61,948 nt of DNA. Origin: Chara braunii. Taxonomy: Eukaryota > Plantae > Charophyceae. Below, piece after piece: positions 47,050-59,430 of this stretch. The stretch is from positions 2,975,793 through 3,037,740 of the forward strand of contig BFEA01000044.1 of the NCBI GenBank assembly GCA_003427395.1. Direction: 5' to 3'. The notes beneath the pieces were generated by a model. It was given only the letters and a program-made list of their open reading frames with translations, was not told the origin of the DNA and searched no databases. Position numbers and translations under genes: made by a program. How positions within the stretch are numbered: position 1 is the stretch's first letter; every line of letters starts with the position of its first letter.

Positions 47050-50000
47050 ATCACTGAAGATTAGCGTCCCAATAGGAGTACACGCTAGTCCCATGGTCAG
47101 TCCAACCCGGTGATTTTATTTCAAATATGATCTCATCTTCTCCATAGCAGTTTAGCCACTAGGCATTGAAAAAATATGTGTGCTATAGTTTCTCTTATCT
47201 TTCTACTCGGAAACGTTGAAGTACAGTTGGGACACCATGGTAAAACTCAACCTTTTTGTTCAAGCGATGAATCATCAATTAGTCAATCATTGGTTGGTAA
47301 ACACCTATGAACTATTTGTCATTGTAGTGAAGCAAATTTTGTTGGGTTGTCCTTGAGGCCCTTACACCATTTAACAAGCTTGAGTCGGTCGTGGTGAATG
47401 TTAAGATGTCTGACTTATCTTCCTTCAAAATAGCTGTGGCATCAATTTTTTGACGAAGGATGCGATATGAGGCTTTAACTGTGAGGGAGTGCAATCTTTG
47501 AGGGTTACATCTCCTATTAGTTTTCCATACCCATTCCAAAGGATCCAATGGTAACTCAATAATTGACAATTAAGGAAGGAAGGCTCTTCAACTTCTCGTT
47601 GTTGAAAAATATAAAACTTTAATCCTATACATTGTAGAATTAGGGAAGAAAGCAACTTCATTTTGGTTCATTTGAGGGATTGAATGATTTGTACATACTC
47701 TGCATATGTTAACTATCGCCCCTCCTTGATGGGTATCCAAAATTTGACCTATAATTGTATCTCCCCCGGGCTGAATAGCTCCAACCAGTCTGCTTTTCTA
47801 AAGCCCATACCTTTTTTGAGAAACAGAATCCATGGTATAGGGATCGATGATATTATTTGGTCTAAGATTGTTAGTCAAGTTCCTGATATATCTAATTTAT
47901 TCTTTGAGTTCTTTCACTGATTTCTAACGTTTGTTCCTTGAATCTCATAAGTCCTTAATTCTAAGTATACCTGCTTCAACCCAGGTTTACCATGGGGGTT
48001 AGGAACTAGTATAAACTCTATTATTAGAATTTGATATCCACCTATTAGCAAAAATAGACTGCCTGAGGACCTCTTCATATCTAGAAGGTGAAGATTTGTT
48101 AAGGATGGAAAGTTTGCGCCATGTTTTCAGCAAGTCTGACCAGAAGTTATCAAGTACCAAGTTTTTTATAACTGCTCCTTTTGCCCTCATTCTTCTTGAA
48201 TTTGCACTTTGTTTTGATATGGTCCAATAACGATCATCCACCCAAGTGAGGGGATGAATATGTTGAAGAGTGGGAGGGGTTAATCTTTGGATCTGCTCCA
48301 GTGTCAAAGGTTGTCATTGAATGTTTATTCCCAATATAAGTTTCTTAGTATATTGAAGTTTTAATGTTTGAGATTGGAGAAGCGGATCCAATAATCCAAT
48401 ACCTCATTTAGTTTTTGTTTGGGCTTAGAGTATCCCAAGCAACTCTAGGGATGACATTTTTGGTGTCATAGTCCCCTCATCATAGGAAGGTCTGAAGTCG
48501 TCTTTTAAGGTCTTTTGCTGTTTTTTTTTTTAAGGGACCATAATACAGATTTATACCACGTGGATCCAAGGACCACATTATTTTAGATGATGGTTCTACC
48601 AAAAAGAGATATGTGTTGGTTTCGCCATTTCTTCATTTTTTTCAATGTTGATGTTGAAATCCAGACATTATTAGTATTAGGTTTTCCTTATGTTGTAATT
48701 ATGATACCCAGAACTCTGATTGGTGCTTCCTGGGGGAGTCATTTGACTCTTGGAATTCCAGGTGGTCTGTCCCCTTGGGAATGTATCCACCGACCAAACA
48801 TTTTATTACCCCAGTTAACGACCATGTAAGAGAGTAATAAAAATTTATCCACGAGTGTCTTAATTCCTTTCACATTCTGACGGGATGTTTCCATCATAAT
48901 CGTTAAGTCATCAGCAAACATGGAATAAATTGGAATTGCTTCTTTTGGGATTTTTGCTAATTGAAGTCTCTTGGGATGAGGATTAGTTATGAGATTTGCT
49001 CCCAAAGCTTCCATGACAATTACAAATAAAAAAAGACCTGCCTCACTGATCTTTACAGACAAATCTCGGGTGAGATCAACCCGTTAACCTGCACTCTAGT
49101 AGTAGCATTAGAGCGCAAAATGTATACCCACCGTCTAATGATTGGTCCAAAGTTTAACTTTTCTAAACAGGCATCTAAAAATTTCCAATCAACATGATTA
49201 TATGCTTTTTCAAAATCAATAAATATAAATGTCGCATTTTGTTGATTTTGTTTTGATAATTTTATCATTTCATAAATTAGTAATACATTGTTCTGGATGT
49301 TTCTTCCTTTAATGAAACCGGTATGAGATGGGTGAATAATATCGATCATTATAGGAATGAGTTTGTTGCTTGAACTTTGGCTAAGATTTTATATACAATA
49401 GTTAGGAATGTAATTGGCCTATAATTTTTTATGTTCGATTTGTCACCTTTCTTATATAGAAGGGTGATAATACCTTGACCAACAATCTCCCTATTTGTTT
49501 TGCAGTCTGGATTTGATTGTAATATTTCATTAGATCATTCGATAGGGAGGACCACATAGTTTCTCAAAATTTCTTTGGAAGAATGTAAACTCTGGGTGTT
49601 TTACCCTCCTTCATTTTTAGTAATGTCATCCAAATCACATTCTTTGTGATTGGTTCTTCTAGTTTCATCCTTTGCTACTGTGTTAATGCCTGTTTCATCG
49701 GACTTAAAAAGTTTTGTAAAACCTCATCGTCTTGAGCACCATTAATCGTGAAAGTAAAAAGATTTTTGAAAAAGTCATAGGCAACTTTTAGACTTTCAGT
49801 GGGATGTGGTAGGATCTCTTTGGTAAGGAATGTTAGGGTTTTGCAAAGCCTCAATGGTAAATCTTCTAGCTCTTACCTGAGCACGGCCAAAGAAGGAAGC
49901 TTTCATTTGTCCTTATGTTTCATGTTTAGTTCATTTACCTCTGATTAAGTGTCATTGTCAACGTCATTGAGCAAAGGATAATAGTTCGTCCTTCAAAGAT

Positions 50001-51060
50001 TGTAGATCAGTTGGTGTATCCGGATATAAGAAATGATGTTGTTCATAGTTCAGGATATGTTTTTTTATTTTTATTTCCTGAGAAAATTTTGCTTTGGCCA
50101 TTAATTTGGAGTATTCATTACATTTTTTAGCTAGAAATATTAACCCATTGTTAAACAATGAGATATAGGTGTCATGTCTACCTTTTGTCGATTGCCAAAA
50201 TTTCCATACTTCTTAAATAAAGTCTCTGAAACCTCTTTGAGCCAACAGTGAGGTATTCAATTTGTAAAAACCTCGACCTTGATATGGTTTCTTGCGAAAA
50301 GACAAGAGAGTTGCACACATCTTATGATCACCCCCTGACCATGGGCTTTGTGAAAAACTAGTTACCCTAATCATTGTCCGATCCATGCCATCAGATTACA
50401 TGATTAGATCTATTCTTGATCTGGATTGGTGAGATGATCCACAATTCCTAATACATGTAAAAAAAAAAAAAAGTGGGAATATCCTCTTATACGAGTCAAA
50501 AAACTTTCACGATTCATAAAATTGTTGAATAATTCTCTTATTTTCTTCCACATATGGAGGACAAGTGTGGGGGATCTTCTAGCGACCCAACCACCTATCA
50601 GGGGCTGCATTCAAGTCCCCTGCTATCACCATAGGGATGTCCTTGGGAATAGGATTACAGATATCATTGTAGAATTGTCTTCTTTCAGCTAAATCATTAG
50701 GGGCATAAATGTTCATAACATCTATAAGTTCGATTTCTGCTCAAATCCTACGCCCATGTACCTTGTCTGCCTCCCTGTGGATTATTTCTATTCGGGAATC
50801 GGGAGGAACCCAAAATACCACTCCAGGTGATCCACTATGTTGAGCATGAGCAACAAATTTTTGAAAGGGTCGCCAACTTGTGTGTTCTTTGGTGAGCCGG
50901 GATGTCCATGAGGTGAGTCTCTTATATGCAAATAAGATCAGGCCTGGTACGCTCTCCCACCCCTTTCAATTGTTCTACTAAGGCTCTCCTTTTAACTACA
51001 TCTGCTTTAGATAACCCATTAACATTTAGGGATCATAAAACCAAATCTGCTTCTTTTGTG
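47050..51060 (-). pseudogene. LINE ORF2 (AP endonuclease + reverse transcriptase)
   Basis: SLNVNGL, LICI*ETH, NIYAP, IAGDLN, SRID; YRPITFLTIVYKILAK, FIDFEKAY, MFADD. Confidence 0.9.
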
Positions 51061-51140
51061 GCCTTTGCCAGTTTGGATTTTTCCCATAAAAAGTTTGTAT
51101 TGCATCTATATTAAACTAATATCCAGATTTATGAGCCCTA

Positions 51141-54100
51141 TCATGGTTTTTTAAATTGTGTTAGACTACAGTCTAAACCAGGATCCACCCTCCAAAGAAG
51201 AGGTAGTGGAAGTAAGTAGACCCCTACGTAGAATAAAGTACAAGAAAGAGGATACTTCGGCCTTGACTTGAGTTGTTGAAGCCCCAACAAGGCAGTGTGG
51301 GAAAACCAACGAAGACGTGCTTCCTTATTCTCCTCAACTCTAACATAAGTGTCCTTCATGGTCATTTTAGCTTGGTCCCCCGATTCCGTGAGGGTCGCCT
51401 AAGGTCCTTGGTCATAGTGCTTTAAGAGAAAGTCATGCAAATCTCTTTTCAAAGTTGTGTCCCCTGTTGGCCGGTAATCTACATATGTAGTCCATCCCCT
51501 TAGAGTAACCCCCCCTATATTGGTTTTGTCCGATAGGAGACAGACCAATCTCTCATTTCCCCCTTTCCTTCTAACCGAAATGATCAAATTATATTTTTGT
51601 ACTTGAGACTTGGATGCATGACCTTTCTCTAGCAAATGTCTTATTTTCTGTCTTTTACCCTGCTCACCCCCACCATTCGACTAGGACGAAAGAGAATTAG
51701 CACCATCTGTCCCTACACACTTATCCTTCTTTGATTTGTCTTTACTGTCATTGGCTATTTGAGGAAAAAAACTTAGTGGTCTGCAGTCCTCTTCCTTTGA
51801 ATTTTGAATTTCAACCTCATCTTCCTGGGACGTGTAATTTTCTTGACCAGTAGTTTCTTCTTCCATGTGATCTTTTGTGATGACCATGACACTGTTGTTT
51901 CCCCCTAATTGATCCTGATTTTTTTTTTTTTTAATCACATATTCCAGATGAAATTGGTGCCCCCGTAGATTCAAACACTACCAAGGCTGAACGTGTTTCT
52001 TGATTGGGTGTTACCTCAACCGGTGGGGGTTGGAATATTTGGAGTACAGTGTCCAATATCCTCAGACTTACTACGGTCAATTTGGCCCCTTCGGGCAGGC
52101 CATGGTGTAGCACTTGGCTGAGGTTAGGGTTGTTGGTAACCATAGCGACTAGTTGAACATAAGAGGCATCCCAAAAAATATTTGAGGCTTCCTCATATTT
52201 ATTTTTAAAATTTTTAAGCATCCACTCTTTAAGTTGAGTAATCTCTTGATCCTCTTGGTTGTTTAAAGGAGACTGTTGTGATGTCTCTACATCCTTCATT
52301 TCAAAATTCCTCTGTAGAGGAATAATGTCCACCTCCATTGGAACGGGTCCAAAGGTTGTGTGAAATGGATCAAGGTTTATTGTATCTTCTGTTCATCCAC
52401 TTGACCCTTGTCTGTGTCATCCTTAGCAGAGGTATCCTCTACAGATATATGTTCGCCATTTCCTTTTCCTTTTTTTTTCCTTTTTAGTTTTTCAGAATCC
52501 TCAACTTTTGATTCCTCCTCCTCTCGTTCCAAATCAGATTCTACTATTTCATTGGACCATTTTGTTGAGTTTGTTTCTGCATTATTTATGTATCCTTTTG
52601 GTTGTGGTCCTGGCAGGCGTGACCCATGAGTGACTGGTTTCCATGCAGTCTTCCCGTTCCCCAGACCCGTGCCTGAACCTTGGCTACTTGACCTGCGTAT
52701 CTCAGATACCTGCGCCCCTTGGGCCTCTGTTGTCTCTTGGATTCTCACTGGATCTTTTGGATTCGGAGAAGCTCCAGATAAACCCACCCCCGACCCCCTC
52801 ATTGTGTGGATCTTCTCCTTGTCTTTCAACACTGGTCCCCCTGAAGTACTTGAGGTACTTGAGGTACCAAATGTTTCCAAGGTTGGACCTAGGTTGTGGT
52901 CCCTTGTGCCTCTCCTCTGGATTAGTAGTTGGATGAAGCGGTGATTTGTTGGTCATCTCTGGGGGGGGCCAACTGTTGGGAGTTTTTGTATCGAAATTGG
53001 GATCCCCTTCTCTTTCCCATGTCCATCCTTTTGGAGGGGCGCCCTTTCTGGTACTCTCTATGTATACTCACCCCTCATTACCAACATCCACTGTCCTCCA
53101 TAAAAATTGTTTAAATGGGTCTCTAATTAGCCTACCTGTAATTTAAAAAAAAAAAAAAATTCCAGATTCTGCTCACAATTTGTATCAGAACTCAGGTGGT
53201 CATACGCTTTGCACCTAAAACACAACGGTCTCAGTTTATAAGTGTTGTGAATGTGATATTCTCTCCCACCTATGCGGTACGGAATAACATCATCCAAATT
53301 GAAAGGAACATTTGTCGGGTGATTGAGGGCAAGCATCAAATAATCATCCCCGCGTGCTGCAAAAGTTGGGAGAGGGTTTATAAAATCAACCACATCATAC
53401 ATTTTTCCAAAATCCTGAATGAAAGCGGCCTTGATTTCTATTGGGATATGACGAAACTCAACCCAATAGAAATCCTTCATCAACTGTGTTCGCTTTTCAT
53501 CTAGTCCCTGTTTTGTGGCGTCCAGGGGTAGATTCGAACCTCTGATCTATCACATCTCAATTGTCTCCAGTCATCTATAGTCTTGTTATCTTCCTGATAC
53601 AATGATAGCACAATAAACATTGTTGTCGACACCGGTTGGATAAGAAAGTCTTCATTCATTGCTTCATAGCTTTCTTTGAGATCTGACAGTCTTTTGCAGA
53701 TCCACTTGATTTTCTCATTAATGAATTTATATGCGGCATCGTCGTAAGAAACCCAATTGTTTGCATGTGTCTGATAGATTGAATCTCTTTTTGACAACTT
53801 CCGCATAGGATATGTTTTAACCATGGATCCCCCCCCCTAATTCTATTACCTTTTTTTCAGATGCTATTATAAATTTGGACAAAAAAAAAACTTTTGTTGT
53901 TGGAAAATTGCACAAGGGAATGCGCAAAGGTTGAGATTGAGGCCTTTGTCTTTTGATTTCCAGAGCCTTTGTCTGAAACGGCCCCTTCGAGCACTGAATC
54001 CAGGGAGACCAGGATCCTTTCGGTTGCCCTTCTGTTGGAAGCCCTGTGGAAGGGGGAATAGGAAGCAAGGATGGGGTGACGGTTTTATGTATCTCATTAT

Positions 54101-54542
54101 TCTCTTTCCCTCCCTCCTTGTTTTGTCCTCCAAGTCAATCCCTCTTTTTGTCATGTGATCTTCTTCCCCTTTACCCCTGCCGCCTTCCAACAGGTCGTTG
54201 TTCTTTCCATCTCCTTTCCCACCCCTTCCTCCTCCACTTCCATTTGTTGCTTCCCAACGCCTACCTCTCCTTCTGCCCCCTCTAATAACCAGTTGTCATC
54301 CTTCCTCTTTGGCTTCCCCTGGCTTCATTTCCCTTATCCCACATTCCCCGCATTGTTTCTTTATGATGTTCTGAGCCAACATTTGTCTTTGTCCCCCTGC
54401 AACCACTGTTAATGATTTACCTAGAATTCCTGCTGACGTGGACATTTCCTCTTGGAATGAACCTTGTTTGACTGCTTGCATCCATGTTCACATCACCAGA
54501 CTGAAAAAGGGGTTCACGATCAGAGATCCCCCTTGAGCCATG
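51141..54542 (-). pseudogene. LINE ORF1 (~1100 codons, disrupted) with zinc-knuckle-like motif
   Basis: YWVEFRHIP...YKLRPLCFRCKAYDH; chain of minus-strand ORFs upstream of ORF2. Confidence 0.7.
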
Positions 54543-56997
54543 GCAGTCATTACCTCATTTTAGTTATGGTGTGGGTTGATCACCGGGACTAAACCAGATG
54601 AAGTAGGTGTCATGATCGCCAAGCATCTATAATACAACCAATAAACTTTGTTGTCTATGGAATACAGTTTGACAAAATCAAAGCAACAACAACAAGTTGT
54701 AGAAAATAATTAAGCTCACGACACCTAAGAAGAGAAACAAAGGATGAGTGTAAACGGCAACATCGTCGCATCACAGCCCATAGTTGAGCCACGTTCGGGA
54801 AAGATCCTAAGACGCAACAAGGTCCCCCGTGACATCCTTAGACACGTCCGCTGCTTAATCATCGGAAATGTCGACCTCCGAATCCACCGTTGTTAGAGGG
54901 AACGCTCTCGAGCGCATCGGTCCCGCAAGGGGACCCTCCCGGCCGCGTCACGGAGAATTTGGCAGGACTTCCGTCGCGGAGAGCGAGGTGCCGCTCCGGC
55001 CGAGTGCGCCTGGCGTACCTCTCGCGAGTCCCTGTGACAGGACATAGCCACGCGAGGCACCGCTTTACCTTCACCTGCGGGAGCTGTCACCATCCCTTAG
55101 GTGGGCGTATCCCCGCCGAGCTACTGAACCAGATGCGAAAGTTTTTCGTATGTTATTGTGGAGGTGGCCCAGCCGAGGGCGTTTCTCGTTCGCTGTAGCA
55201 TAGGGGGTTACACGCGGTTGAACTCCCGAAAATCGAACCCGCACGCGAATCGACGTACTGGGGGGCTGAGGTCCAAAACGCGACTCAGCGTCAATCGACT
55301 AGGACGCATCACACAGACCACACGTTACACCACAACACTCACATCTACCCACACATAACACATGGAAAAACACAAAATAAACACAAGATCACAACACTCC
55401 TACTCCCTTCAGTACCCGACCCATAACTTCATGCTGTGAGAATCAGGTAGGCATCACGCGCTGAACTTTTGTATAAGAGTCATGCGCGCGCATGACCTCC
55501 TCATATCGACCAGCCATGCGGGCATTCGCAAGCATTTGCGTTGATGGGGTACTATGTGGTACTCGTAGCCTCGCGACCCTTGATAATTTCGAGGGTCGCG
55601 TTCGACACTCAAGTGTCGGCTGACAGGCGCTTTGAGGGGTAATCTTTCGACGCCAGACAACCGCCATGTGCGGTTGAAGACCACACCCTCTTCTGCACCC
55701 TGTGCAGAGGGGTTGAGTAGACAGCTGCTCAGCTGTCGTGGTAGCCAAGATCAAGGGGTTTGACTTTGACGGCTACCACGGACTACAACGTCCAACCAAG
55801 AAAACTTAAAAGAGGAAACAACTGCAGATAGAAAGGGAGGATCGCCCTATTTCATCTCTCTGTCTAGCTCATAGTCTGATAACAGTCTCAAGTGGGAGGT
55901 GTAGGCCGACCCGTGAGATGCGTGCGGATGGTGCCCAAAGCTGGACCCATAGGCAACCCGTTGTTCGAGGCGTTGGAGGCTCGTACGCGAGTTCCCATAC
56001 GTCGACTGGGATTGATATTTCGCCCACGTGCCGTTTCGCGCTATCGAAACTCGGGTCAACTAGCCATAACGCGCCTTTGCCCTTTTTCGCTTGACCCATA
56101 ACTTTCAGGTGTGGAAATCGGTAAGTGTCGCGCGGGCGGGTTAACATAAGGCCGCGTGACCACAGGACTTACGCATATCGACCAACGATGCGGATTTGCG
56201 TAAGCAATCATGATGTCGGCGCACCATGTAGTGCCCATACCCTAGTGGCCTCGTTTAAGCCATGGGGTCGCTTTCCATGCTCAATGTCGGCTGAAGCGCC
56301 CGCTGAAGGGGGTAAACCTTTAGCGAGCGCAAAAACCGGCCTGGGGGCCTTACCGTCTTCAGCACCCTTAGGTGTCCCAAAGGGTGCGAGGTAAGATGGT
56401 CCCTAGGGTAGGAAGGGATTCGGAGCGGTGGTGAGTTGTCTGGCGCATCACCAGCGACATGCTAATCCTTCCGCCCGGAACTTTATCGTTCCACCAAAGC
56501 AAATGAAACAAGGAAAGAGAAAAGGGGCGCTTGACGCTAGCAGAAGAAGACATGAATGCCCTGCCGGACCGAGTTGCTGGGGGTCAGTCCCTCCTTTTCG
56601 CGGCGCTTATATTTCCCTAAGGATGTAAGTAGGTCAGAACTGTGTGAAGGGTAATCTCTTCAGCCCCGAACCTAGGACCTGAGACTAACGTTCGACCATA
56701 TAAAATCGAAGAGTAAAAGAGAGCCGTAAGCGTGCAGTCGCATATCCTTGTGAGGGTTATCCGAGCGTACGTCTACTTTGACTATTAAAAAAAAGATCAG
56801 GATAGGAAAAGACCAATCGCAATCAAACAAAGAGTTTGTGTGGTAGTTCACTCTCACGACAATTGTGTGATTTACCCATCTCAATCCAATTCACAACCAA
56901 TCACCAAACTTTATCGAGGTTTCTCCACACATACCTGCGATCACACACATAATTCAAACGACATCACACACACTAAAGGGGTCAACTTTTCAGCCTT

Positions 56998-57422
56998 NNN
57001 NNNNNNNNNNNNNNNNNNNNNNNNNNNNNNNNNNNNNNNNNNNNNNNNNNNNNNNNNNNNNNNNNNNNNNNNNNNNNNNNNNNNNNNNNNNNNNNNNNNN
57101 NNNNNNNNNNNNNNNNNNNNNNNNNNNNNNNNNNNNNNNNNNNNNNNNNNNNNNNNNNNNNNNNNNNNNNNNNNNNNNNNNNNNNNNNNNNNNNNNNNNN
57201 NNNNNNNNNNNNNNNNNNNNNNNNNNNNNNNNNNNNNNNNNNNNNNNNNNNNNNNNNNNNNNNNNNNNNNNNNNNNNNNNNNNNNNNNNNNNNNNNNNNN
57301 NNNNNNNNNNNNNNNNNNNNNNNNNNNNNNNNNNNNNNNNNNNNNNNNNNNNNNNNNNNNNNNNNNNNNNNNNNNNNNNNNNNNNNNNNNNNNNNNNNNN
57401 NNNNNNNNNNNNNNNNNNNNNN
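56998..57422. other. Assembly gap
   Basis: Run of N. Confidence 1.
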
Positions 57423-58215
57423 AGTGATAACAGAAGAGTAATCCTCAACAGGATTAGGCTGGCCAATTCAAGCCTTCAACCGAATCACAAAGACCTGCAT
57501 CACAGTACATGCCAAAAAGAACCACTACTACGTTAACCCCACATGGAGAGTACTTTCTAGCTCGTATCCTATCCCCTTTATTAATCTCATGCTCAGCTTC
57601 CCTCACTAGTGCCAAGTCACTGAGAAACTCGACAGCATCTCCCCTACTCGGGGTGAATTTGCCAAGTTTCTCCTAGCAGAAATTTATTCTAACTCCTCGA
57701 ATTCTACGAAATTTCGGCAGCGCTTCCCGTAGGAAAAATGCCTTTTCAGCCCAAAAATGACTAACTCTTTCAGATTTGTAGAAATTTCGGCAGCGCTTCC
57801 CGTACGAAAAGGAGACTGCCAAAATTTATACAAAGTTGAAAATAGAAAGACAAAGCAAAACTATACTTGGGACTAACTTCTTACGCTTACTTGGAAGGTA
57901 GAATCAGCAATAGTCTGCACGACCTCTAAATGAGAGCGTGAGCTAGCACTGATCATAATTCCTAGCAGAGTCAAGTCCTATCTTATCCCAAGCTTCTCTC
58001 CCATCATCCATCTTATCTGCCTATGGCTCCAACACTCAGCGAGCATCTAAAACAACTAATCCTATCAAAAGATGCCCCAGAGTGAGAGCCTGCAAACACA
58101 CACACAAACAATCACAACGAACATCTCTCACCAACCCTCAGGTATCTTTCAACCTCATAGTTCGTTAAAAAAACCTCGTTATTCCCTTTTACAACCCCCT
58201 TTCCTATGGCATACG

Positions 58216-59430
58216 GTCAGACAATGCCCTAACCCTAGGGTATGTCTGACCTGCCTAGGTACACAAGTAAGGCACGCACATTTGGACTGCCCTAACCCTA
58301 GGGTGTGCCCAACATAACATGAACTATACACATAAGGCATATGCCTAACTGACAACAAGCGCATAGGACTGGGCTGCCCTAACCCTAGGGTGTGCCCAAT
58401 CTGCTTTAAACAAAGTTACATACGACATCATTCTAGACCATCCCTACCCAGGGGTAGGTCTAGCTTGCCGGAACATAAGTACAAACGACAAAAAGTTGAG
58501 CCGCCCTAACCCTAGGGTACGTCCAACCCACAACACATCAACGACAAAGGCATATTACTAGGCCGCCCTAACCCTAGGGTACGCCTAGTTAGCCATACAG
58601 TTTAAGTTACATAAGGTAATGTGATCAGGCTGCCCTAACCCTAGGGTGTGCCTGATCTGCCTGAACAGTTATAAACACCGAAACGCTGGACCGCCCTAAC
58701 CCTACGGTACGTCCAACTTACATTAAACGACAAAGGCTTATCGCTAGGCCACCCTAACCCTAGGGTACGCCTAGTTAGCCATACAACAGAAAATAGGGTA
58801 CAAATACTGTCACAGACTTCATGTTTTTCCTCCTCTTATTAAGCAGTCGATCGGACCTTTCCAACAAATGGAACTTTGGATCCTGCCTCATGTCTAGAAG
58901 GAAAAATAAAACAGATTTATACTAACTCTCTGCTCCTTAGTGTTATAATGAGCATATAACTGAACCGCCCTAACCCTAGGGTACGTTCAGTCTGCCTAGT
59001 TACCTTTGTTTTACTCCTCATCTCTTTCCCTCTTTTTTTAATTCTACCTGACTTACGGACCGGCTTTCCCCACCCGGGGTGCCCGTCTGTCAGAAGTATA
59101 AGTTCAATAAAATATATATATCAAAATTTATACTTTTGGTTGGCCAGTTAATTCGTGGCTCATGACTAAGCTGCCCTAACCCTAGGGTACGCTTAGTCTT
59201 ATGCCGTTATTCCCTCAGAAAAAAACATGCACCATAACTCATTAAAAGAAACATCAGGATTCTGAGTCTTCCTCACCCGGGGTGCCCGTCCTCCTGTTCA
59301 GAACCCTTAAACAAAACAGCGACTGATCCTATCCCACCAGGGTGGACCAGCCATAAAAGTCATTCAGTCTGATCATCAAACCTCAACAAAACATAGCACT
59401 AAGCTCGCATCCACCCGGAGGAGCTCAGTC
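58216..59430 (-). repeat. Array of ~15 stem-loops with constant core (CCCTA-ACCC-TAGGG on +; GGGU loop on -), co-varying outer stems and variable spacers
   Basis: Hairpins at ~58216, 58282, 58368, 58433, 58495, 58557, 58623, 58685, 58743, 58959, 59164; variants at ~59056, 59255, 59322, 59398. Confidence 0.9.

Larger units (their letters stand above)
45823..54600 (-). mobile_element. Decayed L1/Tx1-like non-LTR retrotransposon (long ORF1, APE-RT ORF2, possible poly(A) at 45823-45836); ends approximate
   Basis: ORF motifs listed below; T-run on + at the left end. Confidence 0.8.

Noticed and set aside
58216-59430. CRISPR array or integron attC cassette array
   Set aside because: Eukaryotic LTR context with no cas or intI genes; repeat flanks co-vary, spacers are partly duplicated and too short for cassettes
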